From the NCBI GenBank assembly GCA_965200155.1, contig CBDATR010000010.1, positions 384,001 through 448,000 of the forward strand: a DNA stretch of 64,000 nt, read 5' to 3'. Position 1 is the stretch's first letter; each line of letters begins with the position of its first letter. This document shows positions 39,947 through 50,884 of the stretch, in pieces. Position numbers and translations under genes: made by a program. The DNA is from Nitrosopumilaceae archaeon. GTDB lineage: Archaea; Thermoproteota; Nitrososphaeria; Nitrososphaerales; Nitrosopumilaceae. The notes beneath the pieces are model-generated. The model saw nothing but the letters and a program-made list of their open reading frames with translations. It was not told the origin of the DNA and searched no databases.

Positions 39947-41167
39947 TTATCCCGGGATTATAATATCTCTCTGGGTCATGTATGATATCATGCCCAGGAA
40001 AGTGTCATTATCAATGATGCCCTGCCCGTACCAACCCAGAGCCGGCCTCATCCATGAGGGTATGTGGGCCTCGCCGTCAAGATCTGATAGTATCATGTTC
40101 CTGTCTACCAGCAGCCACAGGTCTTCCAGTATGACACTATCGTCTATGGCGCCCGCTGCCCACAGGGCTGCGTTGTCCCGGATAAATGCAGGTACGTTTG
40201 GCGGCATGGGTTCTCCGGGCACGAATCCCTGTACTTCTATCACATCCTGTGATCTCTCTCTTATGCCAAAGGCCAGGTGCCAGAGGCCCATGTCGTCCTT
40301 GCTCTGGATGTAATCTATGGACTCACCGTTCCTGTATACCGTAAAGGTCTCCTCTCCAGTCACCGCGGGTATCTCTAGATTGGCAAAAGTCTCCAGGGGG
40401 AAGCTGTTGATGGTTTGTATGGTTATTGATGTACCATTGTGTCCGAAGGTGGGTGCGTAAAGTGCGGCCCCTGATTCGTACCGGAAGTCATATGTTATTC
40501 CCTCCCATTCCCCCTTCATGATGTAATAGCTCTTGGCGGCGGGCCCAAAGCAGCTATACCATTCTACCATGTGGGCAATAGAGGGGTCCGGATACATTAC
40601 AAATTCCGCAGTCCCGTTTGCCTCTAAATATTTGATATGGTTATGATTCCGTGATACGTCCAGCGGCCCCTGTTCTCCGTGTATCACTGCCCATATGGAT
40701 GGATTCTCTACCATTTCATCGCCCACATTTTTTATCACTCCAGTCAGGTGCCCGTCCGGATGCAGTACTAGTGTCTCATCATATAGTACTATGATGTCGG
40801 TGTTTGGGGTGGGGGCCCTTACATACGACAATATGGGCTCCAGTAGTGTGGCGTTACCGATATGGGGGATTTTGACTATGAATGGCAACTCGCCTTTTGA
40901 GGGTACTATATTGTGCTGGTGCAGTATGTTCTGGGTCTGCCCCTCATGCAGTATCTGTATGTGTATTGTGGGGGATATGGCCCAGTCCAGCTCGTTTTTT
41001 ACGTTGCCTATAACTGTGTATATGCCACCAGAGTCCGTATATGCAATGTACTCGTCTGCAGGTATGTATGCGGCGTAGGCTGCCGGTACTGCCAGTACTG
41101 TGCAACAGAGAGTAGATATTACCTTCCAATCAAGATATTGATTACTACTTGGGGCTGTATACCTCAA
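39947..41167 (-). CDS. Secreted surface protein with C-terminal 'VP.W.R..A.WW..G.I.D..F' domain
   Basis: Signal-like N-terminus; VPAFIRDNAALWAAGAIDD and IPSWMR..GWY..G.IDNDTF repeats; start uncertain. Confidence 0.7.
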   Translation of the reverse strand: MRYTAPSSNQYLDWKVISTLCCTVLAVPAAYAAYIPADEYIAYTDSGGIYTVIGNVKNELDWAISPTIHIQILHEGQTQNILHQHNIVPSKGELPFIVKIPHIGNATLLEPILSYVRAPTPNTDIIVLYDETLVLHPDGHLTGVIKNVGDEMVENPSIWAVIHGEQGPLDVSRNHNHIKYLEANGTAEFVMYPDPSIAHMVEWYSCFGPAAKSYYIMKGEWEGITYDFRYESGAALYAPTFGHNGTSITIQTINSFPLETFANLEIPAVTGEETFTVYRNGESIDYIQSKDDMGLWHLAFGIRERSQDVIEVQGFVPGEPMPPNVPAFIRDNAALWAAGAIDDSVILEDLWLLVDRNMILSDLDGEAHIPSWMRPALGWYGQGIIDNDTFLGMISYMTQRDIIIPG

Positions 41168-41288
41168 CTAACCTGTATATGTTGCCTTGGCAATTTAAGT
41201 AGTGTCACCAGATATCTGCATCCATTCACACGTGTCACTCAAAGAGACATATAGCTTGTGCGGTTCCGGACAGTGCCATGACTTGGTG

Positions 41289-42770
41289 TTATTCTGTGCC
41301 CAGCCGTATTATGCCCTGCTCCACCAGATATGTAATGCCCTGTAGAAACTCCCTGTCGCTTGTCTGCCCTTCTGCCCACCATTCTATACTGGTACGTATC
41401 CAGTCCTCTATGCCGGTATTCGTATACTGCTGTGGCTGTCCGGACTGGACGCGTATGATATCGTGGTTTGCCAGATATGCTATGGCGTCTATGAATGCAT
41501 CATCCGGGATGTCGCCATTGACCCACCATGCCGCGGTGGTTCTCACCCATGAGGGTACGGACTGATCCTGTGCGCGTAATATGATGGGCATGGATGCAGA
41601 AGCCAGAGTGTTTCCGCCCAATTCATAATAGTTTATGGTTATCAACTGCGAGGCTGCCGGTACTGTGAACTGTGCACTGGTGGATGTGTCGATACTGGAG
41701 ACCCCACTCTGGGTGTGTATGACTGTACCGTCTTGTGTAACGTCCATTCGGTAGGGCTCTTCCACCACAATGCTTCGCAGGTATACATCGGTCACGTTGA
41801 AGGATATGGTGGTCATGCTCTGTTCATCCTGGTATGCATGGGCAAGTATACGAAACTGTGCATTGCCGGTGACTGCGCTATACGGCGCCTGGGGGGCCGG
41901 TTCCAGCACAAACTCCATGATGTCTGTTTCCTCTATGGCTCGGTATATCTCCATCAGATTCTTTTGCAATAGTACGATGTGTATTACGCGACTGTCCTCA
42001 AAATAGTCGTCTATGGCTATGCGGTCTTGCGGTAGTGCAATGCCATTAACAGTTGCCTGAAATTCCGATAGTAGTAAGTCCCCGTATGTCTGGGGTACAA
42101 ACATCTCCACGTGGACTGCCTCTATCTCCTGTATTATTTCGGGATCCCATTCAAAGGGCATGGCAAAGGATGCAATTCTGGAGCTGGTATCGTATGATAT
42201 GTGGGACATCTCATCATAATATGTGCGCAGGGTCATGTTTTGCCGTCCCCAATCCGGGTCTTGTATGATGATGTCATATGATATGGGAATGGATATGGCG
42301 GATCTGAATAACGGGGGGGTGTCTACGTCTCGGCCATTCAGCGTTAACACCCGTATGTCAAAAGAGTACAGGCCACCGCCACCCAGATCCGGACTCGTCA
42401 TGCGGAATCTCTGCTCTTCCAATATGCCAAAGAGTCCGCCCTGACGTATCTCGGTCAGCGGGGTAGGCTCGCCTGACGCAAACTCAAACAGTATCCGGCC
42501 GTCTCCCTGCCGGAATGTCTCTGAGAACAAGTGCGTACGACCATGCATGGCCGTTATTTCATATGTGGCATCATTTATGCGGGTCTGGTCTTCTACACGT
42601 ATCATTCCCATGTCTATACGTACCATGTCATCCTCCTGTGCCGAGTCAACCTGTATAGTCGCCAGTATGTCTCCTATGAGTACCGGCGGTAGTGTCTCAC
42701 TTCCGGTACCGTGACCATATACAACTCCTGCCGTTGTTACCAGTAGAATAATGGCAAGCCACCATGTCAT
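41289..42770 (-). CDS. Secreted surface protein, paralog of 1132..2433, with C-terminal WW-repeat domain
   Basis: Signal peptide + HG.G.ETL; YYD...YD...F.MPFEW core; VPSWVRTTAAWW tail. Confidence 0.75.
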   Translation of the reverse strand: MTWWLAIILLVTTAGVVYGHGTGSETLPPVLIGDILATIQVDSAQEDDMVRIDMGMIRVEDQTRINDATYEITAMHGRTHLFSETFRQGDGRILFEFASGEPTPLTEIRQGGLFGILEEQRFRMTSPDLGGGGLYSFDIRVLTLNGRDVDTPPLFRSAISIPISYDIIIQDPDWGRQNMTLRTYYDEMSHISYDTSSRIASFAMPFEWDPEIIQEIEAVHVEMFVPQTYGDLLLSEFQATVNGIALPQDRIAIDDYFEDSRVIHIVLLQKNLMEIYRAIEETDIMEFVLEPAPQAPYSAVTGNAQFRILAHAYQDEQSMTTISFNVTDVYLRSIVVEEPYRMDVTQDGTVIHTQSGVSSIDTSTSAQFTVPAASQLITINYYELGGNTLASASMPIILRAQDQSVPSWVRTTAAWWVNGDIPDDAFIDAIAYLANHDIIRVQSGQPQQYTNTGIEDWIRTSIEWWAEGQTSDREFLQGITYLVEQGIIRLGTE

Positions 42771-42825
42771 GCATATGATGGAGTGGGTGTTTTGGATAAA
42801 AATCTAGACGGTACTGGAGTGTTCT

Positions 42826-43730
42826 TGTAATGTATGAAAAGTCGGTCCGCTAGTCATTGGCATCCCACTCCATCCATTTTGCATCATTTGCCCTAATTGT
42901 CTGGGTCGCCTTTTTATTCCTGAAGCGGTGTTTCGCCGTTATCTATCCAGTGAGAAGTGCAATCTTCTCTCATTGTGGTAGTCCACATAATCCCGGAGAC
43001 TGTCATAATGCCATATCTCCTCCTCAATCGTTCTGTGGAAGCGCTCCAGTTTGCCATTTGTCTGCGGGCGGTATGGTCTGGAATTGATTAGTACGATGTC
43101 TTGATCCAGCAGTTCTTCCTAGAATAGTGGGTTTCCAGTTCTTTTTGTCCTTTTATTGTCCTACGAAACACGCGCCGTTATCCATGCAGGGGCGCCGAAT
43201 CGTTTCATTGCCAGTCTCAGTAGAGTGGTGTTCTCTGAGGTTGCATGCTAGAATAGTGCCGCTCCGACTACACCTGGATGCATCATCTATGAGATTCAGT
43301 CCCCTGAAGCGCTCATCTTTCATTGCATGCCAGTGCCACATTGCATTGGAATATTTACGCTCATAGCGTACCCACTCTGCAGGTGATGAGACTGTCGTGC
43401 CGTTCTTTTTCATTATGCGATATACTGTAATTCTGTCTAAAGCCTCTTTGCAATACGTACTACTCTGGCGGGATCCTTGCTGTATGCTTCAGTTACCATT
43501 CGTATCTGGGTGGCGGTGATTGGTATCATGGACTGCCCATCTTTACTCGAGTCGTTCCCGTTCTCTGGTTCACAATCTTCGTACGTGTCTTGTTTCAGGT
43601 CTTGAGCTATGTTGGTTGCGGCAACGCCTCTTTTGTCTTGATTCCTCTGTTATTCTCTTTACCATCTGGCTTGTGCAATCTGAACTACTGTACGCCGGAT
43701 CCTAAGCGGACTTACTTTTCGTACTATTGA
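42826..43730 (-). mobile_element. IS481-family element, defective copy C, 16-bp TSD GGTACTGGAGTGTTCT
   Basis: Perfect 16-bp direct repeats at 42810-42825 and 43731-43746. Confidence 0.92.
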
Positions 43731-43783
43731 GGTACTGGAGTGTTCTTTGACTATTTTTAAGCCGGTGGTGTGCTACGGCGCCC

Positions 43784-44404
43784 GTGCTGAGGACTGGGAT
43801 GAAAAAACTGGACAGCTTTTTGGGTGGTTCTATGAGGCGCGGTACTATCACCGACATATATGGGCCCAGCGGATCTGGCAAGACCCAGCTACTACATCAA
43901 ATATGTGCATTGGCTGCCGATGCTGGAGTCAGTGTGGCATATGTGGACACTACCGGTAACTTTAGGCCCGAGCGCGTTCTGCAGATGTGCCGCCGTCCCG
44001 AATCATTGGAGCGGATCGCAACATTCCGTGCAATGTGCATATCTGATCAAATGTCTGTCCACCGTACGGTGGGGGACGTCTCTCTGCTGGCAGTGGACAA
44101 TATTACGGATCTATTCTTGTACGAGTATGGGGACGAGTCCTTTACTAGGAACCGCTTGTTTATGCGACACATGCTGGATCTCTCATACCTTGCCTTGAAT
44201 CGTGGGATGCCAGTGATTGTGACAAATATGATACGCCAACATGATGATTCCATGCATGAGAGTATGTACTGGGCCGCGGATGTGTACACACATATCAAGG
44301 TCCGTCTCTCTGGATACCCGGATTATACTGCCGAATGCCAGTACGCTGGCTCCAAGTCAACCTTTGGGTATGTTCTGGAGTCTTCTGGGGTATTGTCCAT
44401 CTGA
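43784..44404 (+). CDS. RadB/Rad51-paralog RecA-family ATPase
   Basis: TG...LD..LGG, GPSGSGKT, YVDT.G.FRPER, VIVTN. Confidence 0.85.
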   Translation: MLRTGMKKLDSFLGGSMRRGTITDIYGPSGSGKTQLLHQICALAADAGVSVAYVDTTGNFRPERVLQMCRRPESLERIATFRAMCISDQMSVHRTVGDVSLLAVDNITDLFLYEYGDESFTRNRLFMRHMLDLSYLALNRGMPVIVTNMIRQHDDSMHESMYWAADVYTHIKVRLSGYPDYTAECQYAGSKSTFGYVLESSGVLSI

Positions 44405-44500
44405 TTGGCATTTGGGTGAGTCCATAATGCCTGCCGCATGAGATGCGCTAGAATATTCGAAATTTTGTCATATTAAATATCACCGTGCAACAGGTTTGGT

Positions 44501-45136
44501 ATGGATCCGGTATCTATACTGCCATTTAGTGAGGATCTTGGATACACTCTGCTGGCACTACTCAGCTTCTTTGGGTCCTTGGTACCATTCATTCCTGTTC
44601 CCTCATTTATACTGCTGGCAACAATGTCTGTTGGCGACACCTTCAATCTTCACGTGCTTGCCATACTCTCGGCCCTGCTCTCTACAGGGGCCAAGCAGAT
44701 AATATTCTATGTAAGCTATGGCGCCCGCCGCATCATGAAGAAAAAGACCCGTGCCCGTATGGCGCCATTCCAGAGACTGGTGAAGCGTTATGGTGCTACC
44801 GCGGCCTTTGTGGCTGCGGCCACTCCAATTCCGGATGATATAGTTTACGTTCCCCTAGGTCTGGCAAAATACAACCCCTTGCGTTTCTTTATAGCCACCC
44901 TCTCGGGGAAACTGGTCTTGCACTATATCATAGTGGTGATTTCCCATTATCTGGGAGCCTCGATTATAGAGCCATACCTTGAGAATGTGACAGATCCAAC
45001 CAGCGTATACATCGGAGTGGTAGTGTTTGGGGTTATGATGACGGTGGTCGTGGTACTCATGTTACGAATGGACTGGGAACGTGTACTGGGCAGGATAGCC
45101 CCCTGGACACTGGATGACTCTGACTCTAAATCCTGA
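44501..45136 (+). CDS. VTT/DedA (SNARE-associated) membrane protein
   Basis: PF.P.P, AATPIPDD...PLGL.KY, GK motifs. Confidence 0.85.
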   Translation: MDPVSILPFSEDLGYTLLALLSFFGSLVPFIPVPSFILLATMSVGDTFNLHVLAILSALLSTGAKQIIFYVSYGARRIMKKKTRARMAPFQRLVKRYGATAAFVAAATPIPDDIVYVPLGLAKYNPLRFFIATLSGKLVLHYIIVVISHYLGASIIEPYLENVTDPTSVYIGVVVFGVMMTVVVVLMLRMDWERVLGRIAPWTLDDSDSKS

Positions 45137-45166
45137 GTGGTATTATTTGCCAATATTCTGTTGCTA

Positions 45167-45736
45167 TTATGCGTGAGTGTGGACTGTTGCAATCCGAAAA
45201 TTCCATTCTCTTGTATCCCTGACTCCTATACGCGGTCCCGCTACTATGTCAGAGTTAATGGGCGGCGCGTCCGCTATGTACAGATCACTTTGCTGTGTAA
45301 GGTCATGACCATACTGTTTTTTATCTATCGAAAGTGCCTTGGTAAGTTTGGCAGGGCCGTCGGTCAGTCCCTTGCTAATCTGCCGGTTACGATTCGACAT
45401 CATGACGCTGACTCCCGTCTGGGGTTGTATGGCGCGTATAAGTACCGCCCCCGCCGCTTGTGTGGAATGGCGCGCCACCACGTTGAAGCAGTAATGCATT
45501 CCATATGTGAAGTAGACGTATGCCCGGCCTGTCTCCCCAAACATTGCCCTGTTCCGCTGCGTCATTTTGCGGTGGGCGTGGCTGGCGGGATCCTCGGAGT
45601 GTCCGTATGCCTCGGTTTCCATTATGGTTCCAGTTAGGATATGTCCATCTATCCTTCTGACAAGACACTTTCCCAACAGTTCTGTCGCCACTGTGGTGAC
45701 TGGGCGACTATAGAAATCTCTAGGCAGGGGATTCAT
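45167..45736 (-). CDS. mpg: DNA-3-methyladenine glycosylase
   Basis: ETEAY, YVYFTYGMHYCFN, AVLIRA, GP.KL, PRIG. Confidence 0.95.
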   Translation of the reverse strand: MNPLPRDFYSRPVTTVATELLGKCLVRRIDGHILTGTIMETEAYGHSEDPASHAHRKMTQRNRAMFGETGRAYVYFTYGMHYCFNVVARHSTQAAGAVLIRAIQPQTGVSVMMSNRNRQISKGLTDGPAKLTKALSIDKKQYGHDLTQQSDLYIADAPPINSDIVAGPRIGVRDTREWNFRIATVHTHA

Positions 45737-46298
45737 GGGCCGTCTCCATGTCGTGTATCATGGCAGAGATTCTCCCTATGTCTTCTGTCAGTACGCCCTC
45801 AAGATCCCTGTTGTATATGGCCGCTGCGGGGTGTACCGTGATATAGTATGTATGCCCGTCACGCTGTATTGTCTTGCCACGATTACTGGTTATGCCGGTA
45901 CCGCCCAGCAGGGATCTATATGCAGTATTGCCCATGACGCATATTATGTATGGATTTATGGCCTGAATCTCCCGCTCTAGATGTATGCGACATGCCTCCC
46001 GCTCTGACTGGTGGGGCACACGATTCTTGGGCGGCCTACACTTTACTATGTTGGTTATGTATACTGATTCTCTGGTGATGCCGGACCTTTCCAGTGCCTG
46101 GCCTAAAATCTGGCCTGCCCGCCCCACAAAAGGCCGCCCCCGCAGATCCTCGCTACGGCCAGGTGCCTCGCCCACAAACATTATCCTGGCTCTTCCTGTA
46201 CCTATGCCCGGCACTGCATTAGTCCGGCTCTCGCACAGGGCGCAGCGAGTACATTCCCGAACCGCCGACTCCATTACATCACGGTCCATGTGGACCAT
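45720..46298 (-). CDS. udg: Uracil-DNA glycosylase family 4
   Basis: C..C.L, GEAPG..ED..G.PFVG, KCRPP.NR, HPAA. Confidence 0.95.
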   Translation of the reverse strand: MVHMDRDVMESAVRECTRCALCESRTNAVPGIGTGRARIMFVGEAPGRSEDLRGRPFVGRAGQILGQALERSGITRESVYITNIVKCRPPKNRVPHQSEREACRIHLEREIQAINPYIICVMGNTAYRSLLGGTGITSNRGKTIQRDGHTYYITVHPAAAIYNRDLEGVLTEDIGRISAMIHDMETAHESPA

Positions 46299-46384
46299 GC
46301 GCAGACCGCTTTAAAATATGTGATAGCCTCATTTCATCTCCGGCATGTTGCCGTGGGGTTCTCGTGTGTGCCAATCTGCACTGA

Positions 46385-46522
46385 CTATCTTCCGGTAGCC
46401 GGGATTGTGTAAAAGAACTCATCCACAAAGCTGTGGTCGTTCTCGCCTCGGTGGCGCAGCGAATCAAAGTATTTGGCACATTGTGTGTAAAAGTCTGGGT
46501 TTCTTTCTGTTGACTCTTCCAT
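46385..46522 (-). CDS. Small hypothetical protein (45 aa, not in ORF track)
   Basis: MEESTERNPDFYTQCAKYFDSLRHRGENDHSFVDEFFYTIPATGR, with an AT-rich promoter-like sequence upstream. Confidence 0.55.
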   Translation of the reverse strand: MEESTERNPDFYTQCAKYFDSLRHRGENDHSFVDEFFYTIPATGR

Positions 46523-47119
46523 GATGTGTGTTACATTTTTAGTATTTAGGGGCTCGGTATCGTTTAGGTCTCATAACCTGTCCACCGGACATACCAGCCA
46601 GGCCGAATATCCGAAAGTCAGGATGTTACGTGATAATGATGCCAAGCGCATTAACAATGTCGTGATTAGCTAACCTGAATCAGGGGGCTGAAGGCATAGT
46701 GAAGTATAAAGTTGCTGGATGAACGTTTAGCTAACGCAAAGGAATGGTTTGACTGCAAGCATAATTGATCGATGACCGACGAATGGCAAACTTGGGCATG
46801 ACAGGTACGCGAATCTTATGGGCGCATAAGTGGTTGGGATCAGTAACAAGTACCATGTTACCTAGGCCAGAAATCTGGAGACAGTAATTGACATGCCGGT
46901 TCAAAAATTGAAAAGACAATAGTCTCTGGTATTGTGATAACCCGTATGCCCCTCCATCACAAACCGCTACGCAAAGAAATGCGAAAGCCACTGACAAGCT
47001 CTCTACTCTCCAAAAACACACATGATTAAACTAGTGGTTGATCTTGCAATCGACCCATATCTTTTTGGGCAAGTAGTGTACCATTCTGCTCAATTAGTGT
47101 GTCGTTCTGCTTCGAGTTG

Positions 47120-47211
47120 GTATGAGTTCACGTCTTCCGGAATCTTGTGCACAAATCACATTAACTGTCGCGATCAGTTGTGCGTAAATTTAGACACAGG
47201 TGAACTCATAC
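47120..47211. mobile_element. IS66-type MITE (92 bp), TSD TCGAGTTG
   Basis: TIRs intact; identical 8-bp flanks. Confidence 0.95.
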
Positions 47212-47271
47212 TCGAGTTGTGCTTTGCATAATCTATGAGATAATCTGTGTTCTTTGCAATTTTCTTGGTGC

Positions 47272-47529
47272 TTAGTGATGTCTCCTACTTCTTGATATGT
47301 CCTTGATCTCGGCTAACATTCTATCAATACTCTCTAATGTACTCTCATCGTTCTCCAACATCTTGTTGACACTCGATATTTCCTTGAGTTTGTTTTCCAT
47401 TCTTTTTTGACCCTCCACAATAAGGTCTAGAGAGGATGCTCCCGCCATAATCGCGATGAGCGTTTCTTCTTGTATATCCTCTATTATCTTCTCTAAGCAG
47501 GAGCACTCTCCAGTGGCAGCAGTATATTC
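47272..47529 (-). pseudogene. 3' part of a coiled-coil gene cut off by the IS66 end
   Basis: Open frame runs up to the IS66 TIR; its predicted start lies inside the TIR. Confidence 0.4.
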
Positions 47530-48403
47530 GTATGAGTTCACGTGTTTTGATCACATAATAAGATAGAATGCATCCCAGTTTTTTTAATTATAACTGCATT
47601 CTGGCAGCAACCTCGTTCATAACAGAAAGGCCTTGAGCCCTCCATGTCTGAACACATGATACGAATGTGGACATGCGGCGCATTGCCCTTTCGCCACCCT
47701 TTATCTGGCCACTAATCTTGCGGAATACCACTGCGTATCGCAAAGCCTGCTCCGCTGGATTGTTGGTGGGCTCTACACTGTCATATTCTAAGAATACGAA
47801 CATGCCGGGTATGGCCTTATTCAATCCTTTTACCTTCTTTTGCAGTTCAGTATCATCAACATCACAGTACTGATGCATCTGCTCCTGTCTCAAATGAGTG
47901 TCGTAATTGCGCGGACGGCCCGCAGTGATTCAGGGATTCCCGTGCGCTCCGGAACAATCCTTTCAGGTCGTTGTCAAGTTTGATCCGGGCGTCCTGATCA
48001 CCGGGATCAATATAGAATCCTGCATGTAATATACTGGTATCGCGCAATAAATGCGCCCAACACAACTGGTGCTTCCCACCGTCATCAAACCGGCGGTACA
48101 CAACGTACCTGTCCGTTACTATCGCTCCCTGGTAACCGTTCAGGTATTTGTTCACTACATTTGAACTCCTACTTTTGTCATATATGGACATCATCCACTC
48201 TTCGGCTCGCATCCCCCATACCCAGCCACGCCTACCCGCCAGTGATATACCAGTTTCGTCCACATGAATGCTGGGTGATTTTATTATATTTTCATGAATT
48301 GTTTCCATAAATGATTCACATGCATCGGCGGCCCTGGCAATTATGTTGTTTACTGCACCCACCGATATATTTAGGCCGAAGAGATCCTTCGAAATTACAG
48401 GTA
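47530..48403 (-). mobile_element. IS66-family element A, 3' half; transposase pseudogene truncated by a MITE
   Basis: IHVDETG, IVTDRY..Y, HQLCWAHLLR, PTNNPAEQALR..V..RK; TIR GTATGAGTTCACGTGTTTTGATCA. Confidence 0.9.
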
Positions 48404-48504
48404 GTATGAGTTCACCTGTGTCTAAATGGAACGGGTCATTCTATAACTGATCGCGACAGTTAATGTGATTTGTGCACAAGATTCCGGAAGACGTGAACTC
48501 ATAC
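48404..48504. mobile_element. IS66-type MITE (101-bp variant), no TSD
   Basis: TIRs intact; flanks TACAGGTA / AATGGTTT differ. Confidence 0.93.
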
Positions 48505-48928
48505 AATGGTTTTACTCTAGTTGTTCTATATAAGTACGGTCCTATACCCGGCAAAGACTTATGGTGGGCGCTATACATCCTGAATTTCTCCATAGACATC
48601 AATGATTGTTCTATATTTTATCATAATATATAGATATATATACAATTAAACTATGCAATATAAAACATGTAAATTAACAATAGTATGTGCAATATTGTGA
48701 CTTGGGCGTACTATTGCCAGGGACATGGGCGAATGTATTTACCATATTCGACTCGGCCATATTCTACTTCGGTAGCCCGCGTTCAGGTCATGTTTTATGA
48801 CGTCACAAATGCTCACGTTTGGATATCTGATCTTTTACTCGATCTAAACGGTTACACTCGGCAGAGTCTGATCGTGTATGATGTTGTCTCATTTCACGGT
48901 ATATGGAAATTAATCTGGAGAAACAGGC

Positions 48929-50495
48929 GAGTTTGTTGCATAACTGACTTTGACAGAATACAGGTTCCCCATGTCGTAATCTACGTTGCTACCGCGTCCA
49001 CCCACTCGTTGTACTCGTATGTTATCCCATTTCCGCGCCATTAATCCGTGTCCGAATAATCGTTTGAACGGGAACCGGCTCTGATTATCTAGATTATCCA
49101 TCGCCTGTTGTACCCTTTTACCGCCTTCTAGGTATGAGTTCACGTGTTTTGATCATACGATGAAACTTGATATGACAATATTTGGTTAAATTGTAGTATG
49201 AGCAGACGCCGGCCATGAGGAACTGCAAATCTCCGGATACCCTTGCGTCTACCAAGAGAGATCTTGCACACTACAAGGAACGTGTAAGAAGCAGACATAA
49301 CATAGAAAAAATGCGTTTAGAAATTATGTAAATGAATTGGAAGGAAAACAAGGGAAAATTGCGGTAATCATGGCTCGGCTTATATGAGAATGCTCACTCT
49401 CCACCATCCCTCCAGTACAAGCATGAGGTTGCTATAAGAATGCAGTTATAATTAAAAAAACTCGGATGCATTCTATCATATCATATGATCAAAACACGTG
49501 AACTCATACCCTTCTAGTACTGCTTGTTTTTGGCCTTTTCCTCATCAGAAAGGCGGAAAATGGGCGATTCCGGGCTTCCTCCAAGACTGCAAGTCCCCAT
49601 GAGTCGCCTCTCCTTTGGTGGAATTTAGCTGAAGTGGAATGGTTGTTCGGATTCGATTATGACTGCACAATTTCATGTTATGCCTGGACGCGTATACTCC
49701 ATCTGCAAGCAACTCGAGGTTGCATGCGCGCTTGTCATCATTATTCGGTAAGGGGGACACACCGTTAGTCAGCGCGTTTCCGGGTGGTGACTTATCTGTT
49801 GATCCTGCCAGAGATGACAACTGTTGCAATGGGTCCGGAACTTTCCAATTCCAGGGTGTGCTCCCTGTCCAGTTGTGGCTCTTCTGCATACGAGCCCAGT
49901 ACTGCATTGTTTAACATGCGCGTATCCCCAACCCACTCGCCGGTAACCCTAAATGCATATGCTCTCCCAGTCCGCGAGCACTGATGAATCCGCGTCTCTT
50001 TTTCCATTTGGCTCTTATCCACTCACCACGATTCAGGGCCGGTCGAGTCCACAATCATTGGCCCTCGTCAGCTTTTTGTCTGTGCCGACAATCATGCCAT
50101 TCCCCTTGTTAATGTCAAGATCTTTTCCGCGTCTGTATATTGTGGAGTAGTGCGGGGTTTGATGCCCTTCTAGTAGTCCTGCAAGGAATCCGGATACCTG
50201 CCTGTATCTCATACCTAATGCCGTTCTCAGTATCATGTAACATGTCCACGACATACCGGTAGGGAGCACCCTCCTTGTTATGGTTGGCCTTTTCAATTCC
50301 ACGCATGATCAAAGCCAAATAGCCTTCCGCTGGACGTACTTGGCATTGTCGGTGAATACCATCAAGTTTGTTTAAAAAATCTCAGATATTAATGCTTGGA
50401 TCCAAGTTAGTAATCACTGACAGAATAAACGAAAATACTCAAACCTTTTCACATACATTTTTGATCTAACTTGTTTGGAGTTATGCAGCAAACTA
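48929..50495 (-). mobile_element. IS5-family (IS903-group) element, defective copy 2, TSD AAACAGGC
   Basis: Highly similar to the reverse complement of 5937-7111; TIR GAGTTTGTTGCATAAC; carries a 378-bp insertion. Confidence 0.88.
49132..49509 (+). mobile_element. Internally deleted IS66-A derivative (378 bp), TSD CCTTCTAG
   Basis: 26-bp TIR GTATGAGTTCACGTGTTTTGATCATA; right end matches 47530-47610; YENAHSPP N-terminal remnant. Confidence 0.92.
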
Positions 50496-50884
50496 AAACA
50501 GGCGCAGTTTTATTTACCAATAAGGAATATGATACCGTGGAGCACGAGTTGGAGGAGGCAACCCGCATTCTCTGGTTTGTTGGTTTGGCGGCCGGTATTG
50601 CCATCCTGTTCTATGTGATGCGTGTGCGGCGTTATCCCAAGGATCCCAAATGATATAGTAACCGTTTAGCCCCCTAGAGTTATGCGAATCTTGTATGACG
50701 GGGCTGTGTAACATGTGTTAGGGTTGAGGTGCTGCAGGAACAGATCCAATGTGACTTGCCTATTACAATGGTTGCGTGTGCGTCACCGTTTATGCGCGGC
50801 AGATTACGATTATTGGAACTGACAAGGTGTGATATGATACGTGACTTGCGTGTGCGTCTAAAATTCATAGACAAGAGTTGGTGT

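Noticed and set aside
45137-45637. 166-aa plus-strand ORF and many similar antisense ORFs
   Set aside because: Shadow frames opposite well-supported genes such as mpg
50471-50653. 60-aa membrane ORF as an intact gene
   Set aside because: Its start lies inside the IS903 terminus; at best a 3' fragment
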